Positions 17,207-24,433 of a stretch of DNA of 24,433 nucleotides are shown piece by piece. Position 1 is the first letter of the stretch; every line of letters starts with the position of its first letter. A model generated the notes under the pieces. The model was not told where the DNA came from, did no database searches, and saw nothing but the letters and a program-made list of their open reading frames with translations. Position numbers and translations under genes: made by a program. Source of the stretch: an uncultured Gemmatimonadales bacterium (GTDB lineage Bacteria; Gemmatimonadota; Gemmatimonadetes; Gemmatimonadales; GWC2-71-9); contig CAWGSK010000028.1 in assembly GCA_963825055.1 (NCBI GenBank), positions 1 to 24,433 on the forward strand. Direction: 5' to 3'.

Positions 17207-18532
17207 CTAATGCCGATTGCCGATTGCCGACTGCCCGTCCTCAACCATTCGCGCCAGCGCGACCGCCACCCGCTTCGCCTGTATGGGCAGTGTCCTCAGG
17301 TCGGCGGTTTCCTCCACGGTATGGCCGCCCCGGCCAAGGAGCCCCATGCCATCCACTGCCATGTCGACGTAATCCGCGGCGAAGGAGACGTCCGCCGCGC
17401 CGGCCCGGGCCGGATCCACCGCGGTGACGGGACCGACACCGAGATCTCGACTGGCCCGGTCGATCATGGCGAGGAGGCGGCGGTTGCCGTCGGTCGGCGC
17501 CATGGGCGGATAGCCTTCGCCGAATTCGATCGTGGCTCCCGTCCGCGGGTAGTGTCGCGCGACGATGGCCTGCATCCGTTCCTGCGCGCGGGCGAGCTGG
17601 GCTGGCTCCAGCGTCCGGATGTCGCCGGTGACGACGGTGCTCTCCGCGACGACATTGCTCTTGCCGAACGCGGTACCGCGCTGGGTGACCGGATCGAGCG
17701 AGATGGTGGTGCCGCCGACAATCACGCCGGGGTTGAACGTGAGGTTTGGTTCCCCGGCGAGGGAATCACGGAACGCCGAGAGGATCCTGGCGGCCTCGAA
17801 GATGGCCCCGCTCCCCACTTCGGGCTGGAAGATCTGTGAGCTGTGGTAGGGCGTCCCCGAGGTCCTGAGCGTCCAGCCGGCCACGCCCCGGCGCCCGATG
17901 ACGGCGGTCGTCGGGTCGTCGTCGCCATCCTCGAACCCGATGGCGATGTCGGCCCACTTCGCGGCCTCGACCAGGTCCGCCCGCGCGAGCGACAACGGGT
18001 CACCGCTGTCCTCCTCATCGCCCATGAGCACCACGGTGACCTGGATGCGGTCCAGCAGCTTCGCATCCTGGAGTGCCCGGAGCGCGAGCAGCATGACGAC
18101 GTTGCCGCCCTTCATGTCCGTCGTTCCGGGGCCGCGGGCGCTGTCCGCCCCGAGACGCTCGAACGTCTGGAACGGGGAGTCGGATTCGAAGACGGTATCG
18201 AGGTGGCCGATGAAGAGCACCTTCGGTCCCCGGCCGTTGCCCGTGCGCCTCGCCACCAGGTGTCCGGCCCGTCCCCATCCGGATCCATCCTTCCAGTCGG
18301 TGTCGAATCCGAGCGACGTAAAGGCGGAATCGAACAGCGCACCGACCTTCCGCACGCCCTCCAGGTTCATCGTTCCGCTGTTGACGTTGACGGCGCGTTC
18401 AAGCAGTGCGAGAGACGCGGGCACGCCGGCATCGACCGCGGCAGTGATCCGGCGCTCGAGCGGCGAGAGGGACTGGGCGTGAAGGGATGGTGCGGCGGCG
18501 ATGAACGCGAGAACGAAGAGGCAGCGGTGCAA
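17207..18532 (-). CDS. M20/M25/M40 family metallo-hydrolase (glutamate carboxypeptidase G2-like), secreted
   Basis: IGHLDTVF, GPGTTDMKGG, GDEE, GFED, HSS and GGHTVEE; signal peptide. Confidence 0.93.
   Translation of the reverse strand: MHRCLFVLAFIAAAPSLHAQSLSPLERRITAAVDAGVPASLALLERAVNVNSGTMNLEGVRKVGALFDSAFTSLGFDTDWKDGSGWGRAGHLVARRTGNGRGPKVLFIGHLDTVFESDSPFQTFERLGADSARGPGTTDMKGGNVVMLLALRALQDAKLLDRIQVTVVLMGDEEDSGDPLSLARADLVEAAKWADIAIGFEDGDDDPTTAVIGRRGVAGWTLRTSGTPYHSSQIFQPEVGSGAIFEAARILSAFRDSLAGEPNLTFNPGVIVGGTTISLDPVTQRGTAFGKSNVVAESTVVTGDIRTLEPAQLARAQERMQAIVARHYPRTGATIEFGEGYPPMAPTDGNRRLLAMIDRASRDLGVGPVTAVDPARAGAADVSFAADYVDMAVDGMGLLGRGGHTVEETADLRTLPIQAKRVAVALARMVEDGQSAIGNRH
17211..17235 (+). repeat. 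TGCCGA(T/C) heptamer x3.5 inside the peptidase 3' end
   Basis: tgccgat tgccgat tgccgac tgcc. Confidence 0.8.
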
Positions 18533-18550
18533 GGGCAGGTCCGGGGATGA

Positions 18551-18674
18551 GTGACTGGTGATTGGTGATTAGTGATTAGTGACCAGTGCTTTACGGTGAG
18601 ACCGGCGCGAGAGGAACTACCCTCCGAAAACTACTCACTACTCACTACTCACTACTCACTACTCACTACTCACT
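18551..18674. repeat. Inverted pair of heptamer arrays: GTGA(T/C)(T/C)(A/G) x5 and ACTACTC x6
   Basis: Arrays at 18551-18588 and 18630-18674. The reverse complement of the right array (GTGAGTA)n matches the left array (GTGATTA)n. Confidence 0.93.
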
Positions 18675-18678
18675 GTCA

Positions 18679-19521
18679 TCACCCCGCCTTCTTCTTCGTG
18701 CTCTTCTTCCTGGCGGGTTTCTCATCGGCCTCGTCGGCCCCGCTCTCCCCCTTCTTCGCGAGGCTGGCCTTGAGCGCGGCCATGAGGTCGATGATCTTGG
18801 CCTGCGGTTCCTCCGCGGGCGCGGCGGTGATCTCCTCGCCCTCCACCTTGCCCTGGATCGCTTCCATGACGCGGTCGCGCACGGTGTCCCTGTAACGCTC
18901 CGGGTGGAACTCGTCGGTCGCGGTCTGCTGGATGAGCTGCTTGGCGAGTTCGAGCTCGGTCGGCTTGACCTCCCCCTCCTCGAGGGGGACCTCGGTGGCG
19001 GGGCGCATCTCGTCGGCGTAGTGCAACTGCTCGAGCACGAGCATCCCGTTCTTCGGGCGGATGAGGATAAGGTACTGCCGCCCGCGGGCCGCGTACTGGC
19101 CCACCGCGGCGCGGCCGGTTTCTTCCAGCGCCTTCGCCAGCAGCCGGTAGGCCCGGTCGCCGCCCTTGTCGGGCCCCAGATAGTAGGTCTTGTCCAGGTA
19201 GAGCCGCTCGACCTCCTCGAGCGGGACGAACTCGCTCACATCGATGCTGTTGGTGGCCTTCTCGTCCAGCGTCTTCAGCTCTTCGGGCGTGAAGGTGACG
19301 TACTGGCCCTTGGCGAACTCGTAGCCCTTGACCATGTCATCTCGACTGACGACCTGGTCGTCATTGGTGCAGATGTACTGCTGCTTGAGCCGCGAGCTGC
19401 ACTCCTTGTGCAACCAGTTGAACGAGATGCTGGCCGAGGACTCCGAGGAGGAGTACAGCTTGACCGGCACCGAGACCAGGCCGAAGGAGATGTTGGCGGC
19501 GGCGATGGGACGTGCGCTCAT
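18679..19521 (-). CDS. ku: NHEJ DNA end-binding protein Ku
   Basis: ISFGLVSVPVKLY, VKGYEFAKGQYV, EFVP, YYLGPDKGGDRAYRLL and IIDLMAALKASL; Lys-rich tail. Confidence 0.97.
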   Translation of the reverse strand: MSARPIAAANISFGLVSVPVKLYSSSESSASISFNWLHKECSSRLKQQYICTNDDQVVSRDDMVKGYEFAKGQYVTFTPEELKTLDEKATNSIDVSEFVPLEEVERLYLDKTYYLGPDKGGDRAYRLLAKALEETGRAAVGQYAARGRQYLILIRPKNGMLVLEQLHYADEMRPATEVPLEEGEVKPTELELAKQLIQQTATDEFHPERYRDTVRDRVMEAIQGKVEGEEITAAPAEEPQAKIIDLMAALKASLAKKGESGADEADEKPARKKSTKKKAG

Positions 19522-19547
19522 GGACTGTACAGTATGATATTGCCGGT
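19522..19547. promoter_or_regulatory. 26-bp bidirectional ku/ligD promoter region with palindrome ACTGTACAGT
   Basis: TATGAT (+, 19533-19538) lies 9 nt before the ligD ATG. TACTGT (-) lies 7 nt before the ku ATG. No Shine-Dalgarno on either strand. Confidence 0.6.
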
Positions 19548-22046
19548 ATGCCCGCAACCGGCCCCGATCCCCTCAAGCGTTACCGGGAGAAACGCACCCC
19601 GAGCCGAACCCCGGAACCCGCCGGGAAGGCCATCCGGCCCGGCGGCCAGCGCTTCGTCATCCAGCAGCACGCCGCCCGCCGGCTGCACTACGACCTCCGG
19701 CTGGAGATGGACGGGGTGCTCAAGTCCTGGGCGGTGCCCAAGGGGCCCAGCCTGGACCCGAAGGAAAAGCGCCTGGCGGTCCACGTGGAGGACCACCCGC
19801 TCGATTACGGGGACTTCGAGGGCCTGATCCCGTCGGGAAATTACGGCGCCGGCGCGGTGATCCTGTGGGACCGGGGGGTGTGGCTCCCGCTCGAGGACAT
19901 CGAGGAGGGGTGGAAGAAGGGCAAGCTCCTCTTCGAGTTGCGGGGCTACAAGCTGCGTGGCATCTGGACGCTGGTGAAGCTGAAGAAGGGCGAGAACGAG
20001 TGGCTCCTGATCCGGGAGAAAGCCGAGGGGACCGAACAGGATGACAGTACGGTGCCGCCGCAGTCCATCCTGTCGGGCCTCACCGTTGAGGAGCTGCGGG
20101 ACGGCGTGCATCCGGGCGAGGCGATCCGCCAGGAACTGGACAGGGAGCGGGTGACCGACCCCGCACCCTCGCCGGAGGAGGTGAGCCCGATGCTGGCTGA
20201 GCAGCGGGACACCCCGTTCACCAGAAAAGGGTGGCTGTTCGAGCTCAAGCTGGACGGCTACCGGATCCTGGCCGGCCGCCGCGACGGCGAGGTGGTGGTA
20301 CGCACCCGGAACGGAAACGACGCCGCCACCAACTTTCCCGAGGTCGCGCTCGCCGTGAAGTCGCTGCCGTTCCACGATTTCCTGATGGACGGCGAGGTCG
20401 TGGCACTCGGCGCCGATGGCATGCCGAGCTTCGACCGGCTGCAGGAGCGCGCCCGCCTCTCCCGCCCGCGGGACGTCGCGGTGGCCTCGGCGGGCAACCC
20501 CGTTACCTATTTCGCCTTCGACCTGCTCTCCCTGGAGGGGCGGGACCTTCGACGCATGCCCCTGCGCGAGCGGAAGGCGCTGCTCCGACGCGTACTCCCG
20601 CCGGTCGGGCCGCTCCGGTATGTCGAGGACTTCGAGGAACTGGGGGAGGCCCTGTACGAAAAGGTGACGGCCCTCGGGCTGGAGGGTATCGTCGGGAAGA
20701 AGGCCGACAGCCTGTACCACATGGGCCGGAGCGCCGACTGGGTCAAGATCCGGGCTGACCAGAACGGGGACTTCGCGGTGGTCGGGTTCACCGAGCCGAA
20801 AGGGAGCCGGGACGGCATTGGTGCCCTCCACCTGGCTGAGCCAAGGGACGGCCGGCTCGTGTACGCTGGACGGGCGGGCAGCGGGCTGGACCCGGCGAGG
20901 CTCGGCGAGATCCGGGCCAGCCTCGAGGCCTCGGCCCGGAAGGATCCGCCCTGCGAGGGCGCGCCGAAGCTCAAGGACACGACGTGGGTGGAACCCGAAT
21001 TCGTGGCGCAGGTCCGCTTCAAGGAGCGGACGAAGGAAGGGCTGCTGCGCCACCCGGTGTTCGAGCGCTTCCGGGATGACAAGGAAATCGCCGAACTGCA
21101 CGATGAGTCGGAGGGCGAGCCGCCGCCACTGCCCGTCGTGGAGATCCCGCCCATGGACCCCGACCAGGTGCCGCTGTCCAACGTGGACAAGGTCTTCTGG
21201 CCGGAGGAGGGCTACACCAAGGGCGACCTCATCGAGTACTACCGCGGCGTGGCCGACTGGGTCCTGCCGTTCCTCAAGGACCGGCTGGTGGTCCTGACGC
21301 GATATCCGGACGGGATCGACGGCAAGAGCTTCTTCCAGAAGGACGCGCCGGAGTACATCCCGGAGTGGCTTCGCACCGAGCGGATGTGGAGCGAACACGC
21401 CGAGCGCGAGATCGACTACTTCGTCTGTGACGACATCGCGTCGCTCATCTACCTCGCCAACAGCGCGGCGATTCCGCTGCATGTCTGGGGTAGCCGGATC
21501 AGCACGCTCGAGCGGCCCGACTGGTGCATCCTGGACCTGGACCCGAAGGAGGCGCCCTTCGGGGATGTCGTGGCCATCGCGAACGAACTGCACGCCCTCT
21601 GCGAGCGGTGCGCGCTGCCCAACTACATCAAGACCAGCGGCTCGAGCGGCCTGCACGTCCTGGTGCCGGTTGGCCGCCAGTTCACGTTCGAGCAGACCCG
21701 CGCCCTCGGCGAGGTGCTGGCCCGGGCGATCGTGAAGCGCCTGCCGGAAATTGCGACCATTACCCGCCAGGTCTCCCGCCGGAAGGGAAAGGTCTACGTG
21801 GACTTCCTCCAGAACGGCCACGGGCGGCTCCTGGTGGCCCCCTACAGCGTCCGACCGCTCCCCGGCGCCCCGGTCTCAACGCCGCTGACCTGGGACGAAG
21901 TCAACCCCGACCTTTCGATTGCCGCATTCACGATAGAAACCATGCCCGAACGCCTGACCGGTATGAAGGAAGACCCTCTGCTCCCGGTGCTGGACGAGGT
22001 GCCGGATCTGGTACGCGCCCTGGAGCTGCTTCAGAAGGAGTTCTAG
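19548..22046 (+). CDS. ligD: DNA ligase D (phosphoesterase - ATP-dependent ligase - primase/polymerase)
   Basis: PE domain: HYDLRLE, SWAVPKGPS, EDHPLDYGDFEG. Ligase: ELKLDGYR, DGEVV, EGIVGK. Polymerase: FFQKD, DLDP, KTSGSSGLHV, VAPYSVR. Confidence 0.97.
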   Translation: MPATGPDPLKRYREKRTPSRTPEPAGKAIRPGGQRFVIQQHAARRLHYDLRLEMDGVLKSWAVPKGPSLDPKEKRLAVHVEDHPLDYGDFEGLIPSGNYGAGAVILWDRGVWLPLEDIEEGWKKGKLLFELRGYKLRGIWTLVKLKKGENEWLLIREKAEGTEQDDSTVPPQSILSGLTVEELRDGVHPGEAIRQELDRERVTDPAPSPEEVSPMLAEQRDTPFTRKGWLFELKLDGYRILAGRRDGEVVVRTRNGNDAATNFPEVALAVKSLPFHDFLMDGEVVALGADGMPSFDRLQERARLSRPRDVAVASAGNPVTYFAFDLLSLEGRDLRRMPLRERKALLRRVLPPVGPLRYVEDFEELGEALYEKVTALGLEGIVGKKADSLYHMGRSADWVKIRADQNGDFAVVGFTEPKGSRDGIGALHLAEPRDGRLVYAGRAGSGLDPARLGEIRASLEASARKDPPCEGAPKLKDTTWVEPEFVAQVRFKERTKEGLLRHPVFERFRDDKEIAELHDESEGEPPPLPVVEIPPMDPDQVPLSNVDKVFWPEEGYTKGDLIEYYRGVADWVLPFLKDRLVVLTRYPDGIDGKSFFQKDAPEYIPEWLRTERMWSEHAEREIDYFVCDDIASLIYLANSAAIPLHVWGSRISTLERPDWCILDLDPKEAPFGDVVAIANELHALCERCALPNYIKTSGSSGLHVLVPVGRQFTFEQTRALGEVLARAIVKRLPEIATITRQVSRRKGKVYVDFLQNGHGRLLVAPYSVRPLPGAPVSTPLTWDEVNPDLSIAAFTIETMPERLTGMKEDPLLPVLDEVPDLVRALELLQKEF

Positions 22047-22165
22047 CCCGCCTTGCTCGCTCGTCCCTCCGCGGCCCCCGTACGCGTCCAACGGCCAGAT
22101 CGCGAGCATGCCACCGCTCACTGACGTCCGCTCCGGGACGATCGAGCTTCGGCGACACCCGACAT

Positions 22166-22221
22166 CCCGTCCGTCCTATTCACGTCCGCCCTCTTCCCGT
22201 ACGCCCTGTTCCCGTCCGCCC
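22166..22221 (+). repeat. 15-mer C(C/A)CGT(C/A)CG(C/T)CCTNTT x3.7
   Basis: cccgtccgtcctatt cacgtccgccctctt cccgtacgccctgtt cccgtccgccc; shares its core with the 15-mer at 6105-6156. Confidence 0.8.
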
Positions 22222-22283
22222 GGCGGGGCGGTGTTGGGAGGGGCAGGGTCCGGCGTCTCCCAGTCATCCCGCCCCCGGAGCCC

Positions 22284-22311
22284 TGTGACCGATGCCCCGC
22301 CTTGAAGGTCT
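22284..22311 (+). promoter_or_regulatory. Putative autoregulatory ECF promoter (TGTGACC-N17-GTCT)
   Basis: ECF-like -35/-10 pair ending 7 nt before GTG 22319. Confidence 0.45.
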
Positions 22312-22318
22312 TTCTCAC

Positions 22319-22858
22319 GTGGACACCAGCGACGGCGACCTCGTACGCCGCGTGCTGGCAGGGGAGGTCGAGGCCTATCGGCACCTGGTGGCGCGCTACC
22401 GGGTGCGCTACGGCCGGTACGCCACGCACATGATCGGGAACCCGGAGGACGCTGAGGAGGCCCTGCAGGACGCCCTCGTCCGGGCCTACCGGGCGCTCCC
22501 CCGCTGCGAGAACCCGGACCGGTTCGGGGCGTGGTTCTTCCGCATCCTGGCCAACCGCTGCCGGACGCGGCGCCGACGGCGGATCCGGACCGACCAGGTC
22601 GAAGGTTCGGACCTCCCGCCTGACGTCCCCGGGCTGGCCCCGGACCAGGCGGAGTCCTTCGCGTGGCGCGAGGCGATCGGTGACGCGCTCGATCGTGTGC
22701 CCCCGGCGCACCGGCAGGCGTTCCTGCTCCGGCACGTGGAAGGGATGAACTATGAGGAGATGACGGAGTTGACCGGCGCCGGCGTGTCCGCGCTCAAGAT
22801 GCGCGTGATGCGGGCCTGCGAGCGGCTGCGCGAACTGCTGGCGGGGGAAATGTCATGA
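22319..22858 (+). CDS. ECF RNA polymerase sigma factor
   Basis: Region 2: DAEEALQDALVRAY, FGAWFFRILANRCR. Region 4: FLLRHVEGMNYEEM...ALKMRVMRACERLR. Start GTG 22319 (ORF open from 22292). Confidence 0.95.
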   Translation: MDTSDGDLVRRVLAGEVEAYRHLVARYRVRYGRYATHMIGNPEDAEEALQDALVRAYRALPRCENPDRFGAWFFRILANRCRTRRRRRIRTDQVEGSDLPPDVPGLAPDQAESFAWREAIGDALDRVPPAHRQAFLLRHVEGMNYEEMTELTGAGVSALKMRVMRACERLRELLAGEMS

Positions 22859-23358
22859 GCGCTGCGGACGACCAGGACACCCTGAAACGTGCGATCGAGG
22901 CGCTGCGGCAGCCGGTGGAGCTCAATCCCGGGCTCGATCACCGCGTCATGTCGCAGGTCCGGGCGCATCGACCCACCGCGCGCCTGGCCTGGCTTCCTCC
23001 GGCCTTCCTGCGCCTGGCGGCGGCCGTCGTGCTGCTCCTCGGCGGCTGGCTGCTGCTGCGATCGATTTCCACGCCAGGTACGACGCCGGGCACGACCGCC
23101 GTGCATTTCGAACTTCGCGCTCCCGAGGCGGCGCGGGTGGCGCTGGTGGGGGACTTCAATGACTGGGACCCGGCCGGCACACCGCTCCGCGAGGAGAGCG
23201 ATGGCCGCTGGGTGCTGGTGGTGCCCCTGCCGCCCGGCCGCTACCACTACACGTTCGTGGTCGACGGCAGCCGCTGGGTAGGCGATCCCTCGGAGCCAGC
23301 CGCCCTCGACGACTACGGCACGCCCACCTCCGTCATCACGGTCGCGCGCAGCTCATGA
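22855..23358 (+). CDS. Single-TM protein with C-terminal CBM48 / AMPK-beta-like glycogen-binding (isoamylase early set) domain; putative anti-sigma factor
   Basis: Short N-terminal helical region, TM LAAAVVLLLGGWLLL, then VALVGDFNDWD...GRW...LPPGRYHYTFVVDGSRWVGDP. ATGA overlap with the sigma gene. Confidence 0.88.
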   Translation: MSAADDQDTLKRAIEALRQPVELNPGLDHRVMSQVRAHRPTARLAWLPPAFLRLAAAVVLLLGGWLLLRSISTPGTTPGTTAVHFELRAPEAARVALVGDFNDWDPAGTPLREESDGRWVLVVPLPPGRYHYTFVVDGSRWVGDPSEPAALDDYGTPTSVITVARSS

Positions 23359-23888
23359 AAGGGCTCCCCTTCGTTCTCCTCCTCTTCGCCACTGCCTCCG
23401 CGCACGCCCAGGAGGCCCGACTCGAGGGCAAGCTGTCTCCCACGCTGGCCCGGGCGATCGACGCGATGGTGGATTCGGCGCGGGAAGAGGCGCTGCCCAC
23501 GCGGCCTCTCCTGCTCAAGACGCTGGAAGGGGTGAGCAAGGGCGCACCGGAGCCCCGCATCATCGTCGTAGTGGGGCAGGTACTTGCCTCGCTCCGTGCG
23601 TCGCGCGCAGTGCTGGGTCCGGACAGCCCGGAGGCCGATGTGACCGCGGGAGCAGCGGCACTGCGGGCTGGTGTGAGTGTGCCCGCCCTGGGGCGGCTTC
23701 GCGATACCCGCCCGCCCGGGGCGCTCGTGGTGCCGCTGGGTATCCTCACTGACCTCGTATCGGGCGGCATGTCGCCCGGTGCGGCCGAGCAGCGCGTGAT
23801 CGATCTCGCCCGGACAGGGGCGAGCGATGCCGATTTCGTCTCGATGGGTCGCGAGTTTGCGGACTCGCCAGCGGGGCCGCGGCCATGA
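23355..23888 (+). CDS. Hypothetical secreted alpha-helical protein
   Basis: Signal peptide ending AHAQ and the block LPTRPLLLKTLEGVSKGA; ATGA overlaps at both ends. Confidence 0.85.
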   Translation: MKGLPFVLLLFATASAHAQEARLEGKLSPTLARAIDAMVDSAREEALPTRPLLLKTLEGVSKGAPEPRIIVVVGQVLASLRASRAVLGPDSPEADVTAGAAALRAGVSVPALGRLRDTRPPGALVVPLGILTDLVSGGMSPGAAEQRVIDLARTGASDADFVSMGREFADSPAGPRP

Positions 23889-24433
23889 TGCGGCGCGTCA
23901 TGATCCTCGGCTTCTCGCTGGCAGTGGCACCGGCGGCCGGCGCGCAGGTCACCGGCTGGATGGATGTCGGTGTGGGGCAGGGAAGCAGCGGAGCGGTCAG
24001 CGATCGGGGCGTGGTCTCCCTCGCGCCTTCACTTGCGTTTCGCCGCGCGGCGTGGGACCTCCAGGCCCACGCGCGCTGGGCCGACTGGGCCGGCCCGTTC
24101 TGGGGAGGCGGTGCGGGATTCTCCGCGCGCTACCGGATACCGCTCGGCAGCGGCATCCGTATGGTACCGGGCCTCCGTGGGTCGTGGGAGCGGGCCCCGA
24201 CCCGCACCAGCGGGGGGTCCGCGCTGCTCGGCCTTGGGCTGGAAGGCGACGCGGGTGACATCGCCTGGTCCGCCGACGTTCGGGGTGGCGCCGGGACGGA
24301 CGGCACCGTGGCCTTTCCTGTCGGCCGCGTCGAGGGCGCCGCCAGCCGGCGCTTCGGCTCGCTGTCCTTCGGCCTTGGCGTGGTCTGGACGACGATCACC
24401 GGCGGGCGGGCGGCGGGATCGAGGCCGCGCCTG
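23885..24433 (+). CDS. Partial exported, probable outer-membrane beta-barrel protein (runs off the window; absent from the ORF track)
   Basis: ATG 23885 overlaps the upstream stop and reads MMRRVMILGFSLAVAPAAGAQVTGWMDVGVGQ...GFSARYRIPLG...LSFGLGVVW with no stop. Gly/aromatic-rich alternating strands. Confidence 0.75.
   Translation, partial: MMRRVMILGFSLAVAPAAGAQVTGWMDVGVGQGSSGAVSDRGVVSLAPSLAFRRAAWDLQAHARWADWAGPFWGGGAGFSARYRIPLGSGIRMVPGLRGSWERAPTRTSGGSALLGLGLEGDAGDIAWSADVRGGAGTDGTVAFPVGRVEGAASRRFGSLSFGLGVVWTTITGGRAAGSRPRL

Noticed and set aside
19512..19557. Overlapping extended starts for ku (19557) and ligD (19512)
   Set aside because: Family-like sequence begins at MSARPI (19521) and MPATGPDPL (19548); the extensions are just open frame across the promoter.
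19518..21821. 767-aa antisense ORF and other long shadow ORFs (e.g. 4707..6053, 6214..8079, 18586..19827, 11285..12232)
   Set aside because: They overlap well-supported genes, have no recognisable motifs, and are expected in high-GC DNA.
23827..24258. 143-aa ORF from the track as the last gene
   Set aside because: Arg/Gly-rich off-frame translation. The frame starting at ATG 23885 has a signal peptide and the ATGA coupling.

Overview
GC-rich bacterial chromosomal segment. The gene content and hypothetical families suggest Gemmatimonadota, but this is inference. From left to right: (1) a visibly lower-GC islet with a RelA/SpoT small alarmone synthetase carrying the C-terminal YxxY motif of fused CapRel anti-phage toxin-antitoxins, frameshifted near its 5' end; (2) a minus-strand run of a beta-propeller protein (frameshifted), an APH-like kinase, YciI/DGPF, VOC, a conserved hypothetical, DinB and an SLC13/TrkA-C permease (the apparent permease-DinB fusion is a 1-nt indel); (3) an nfeD-floA-yqfB-like operon; (4) ppa-slt; (5) a CDF-like transporter, tRNA-Leu(CAA), a membrane protein and a TMEM175 K+ channel; (6) a secreted protein and an M20 peptidase; (7) head-to-head ku/ligD with 26 bp between start codons; (8) a translationally coupled operon of an ECF sigma factor, a membrane-anchored CBM48 protein, a secreted helical protein and a beta-barrel-like protein that runs off the window. 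Most larger intergenic gaps carry 7-15-nt tandem repeats, usually a G-rich left arm and a C-rich right arm that are sometimes mutually complementary. The best candidates for new biology are the ECF/CBM48 module, the polarised tandem-repeat architecture and the CapRel-like islet.
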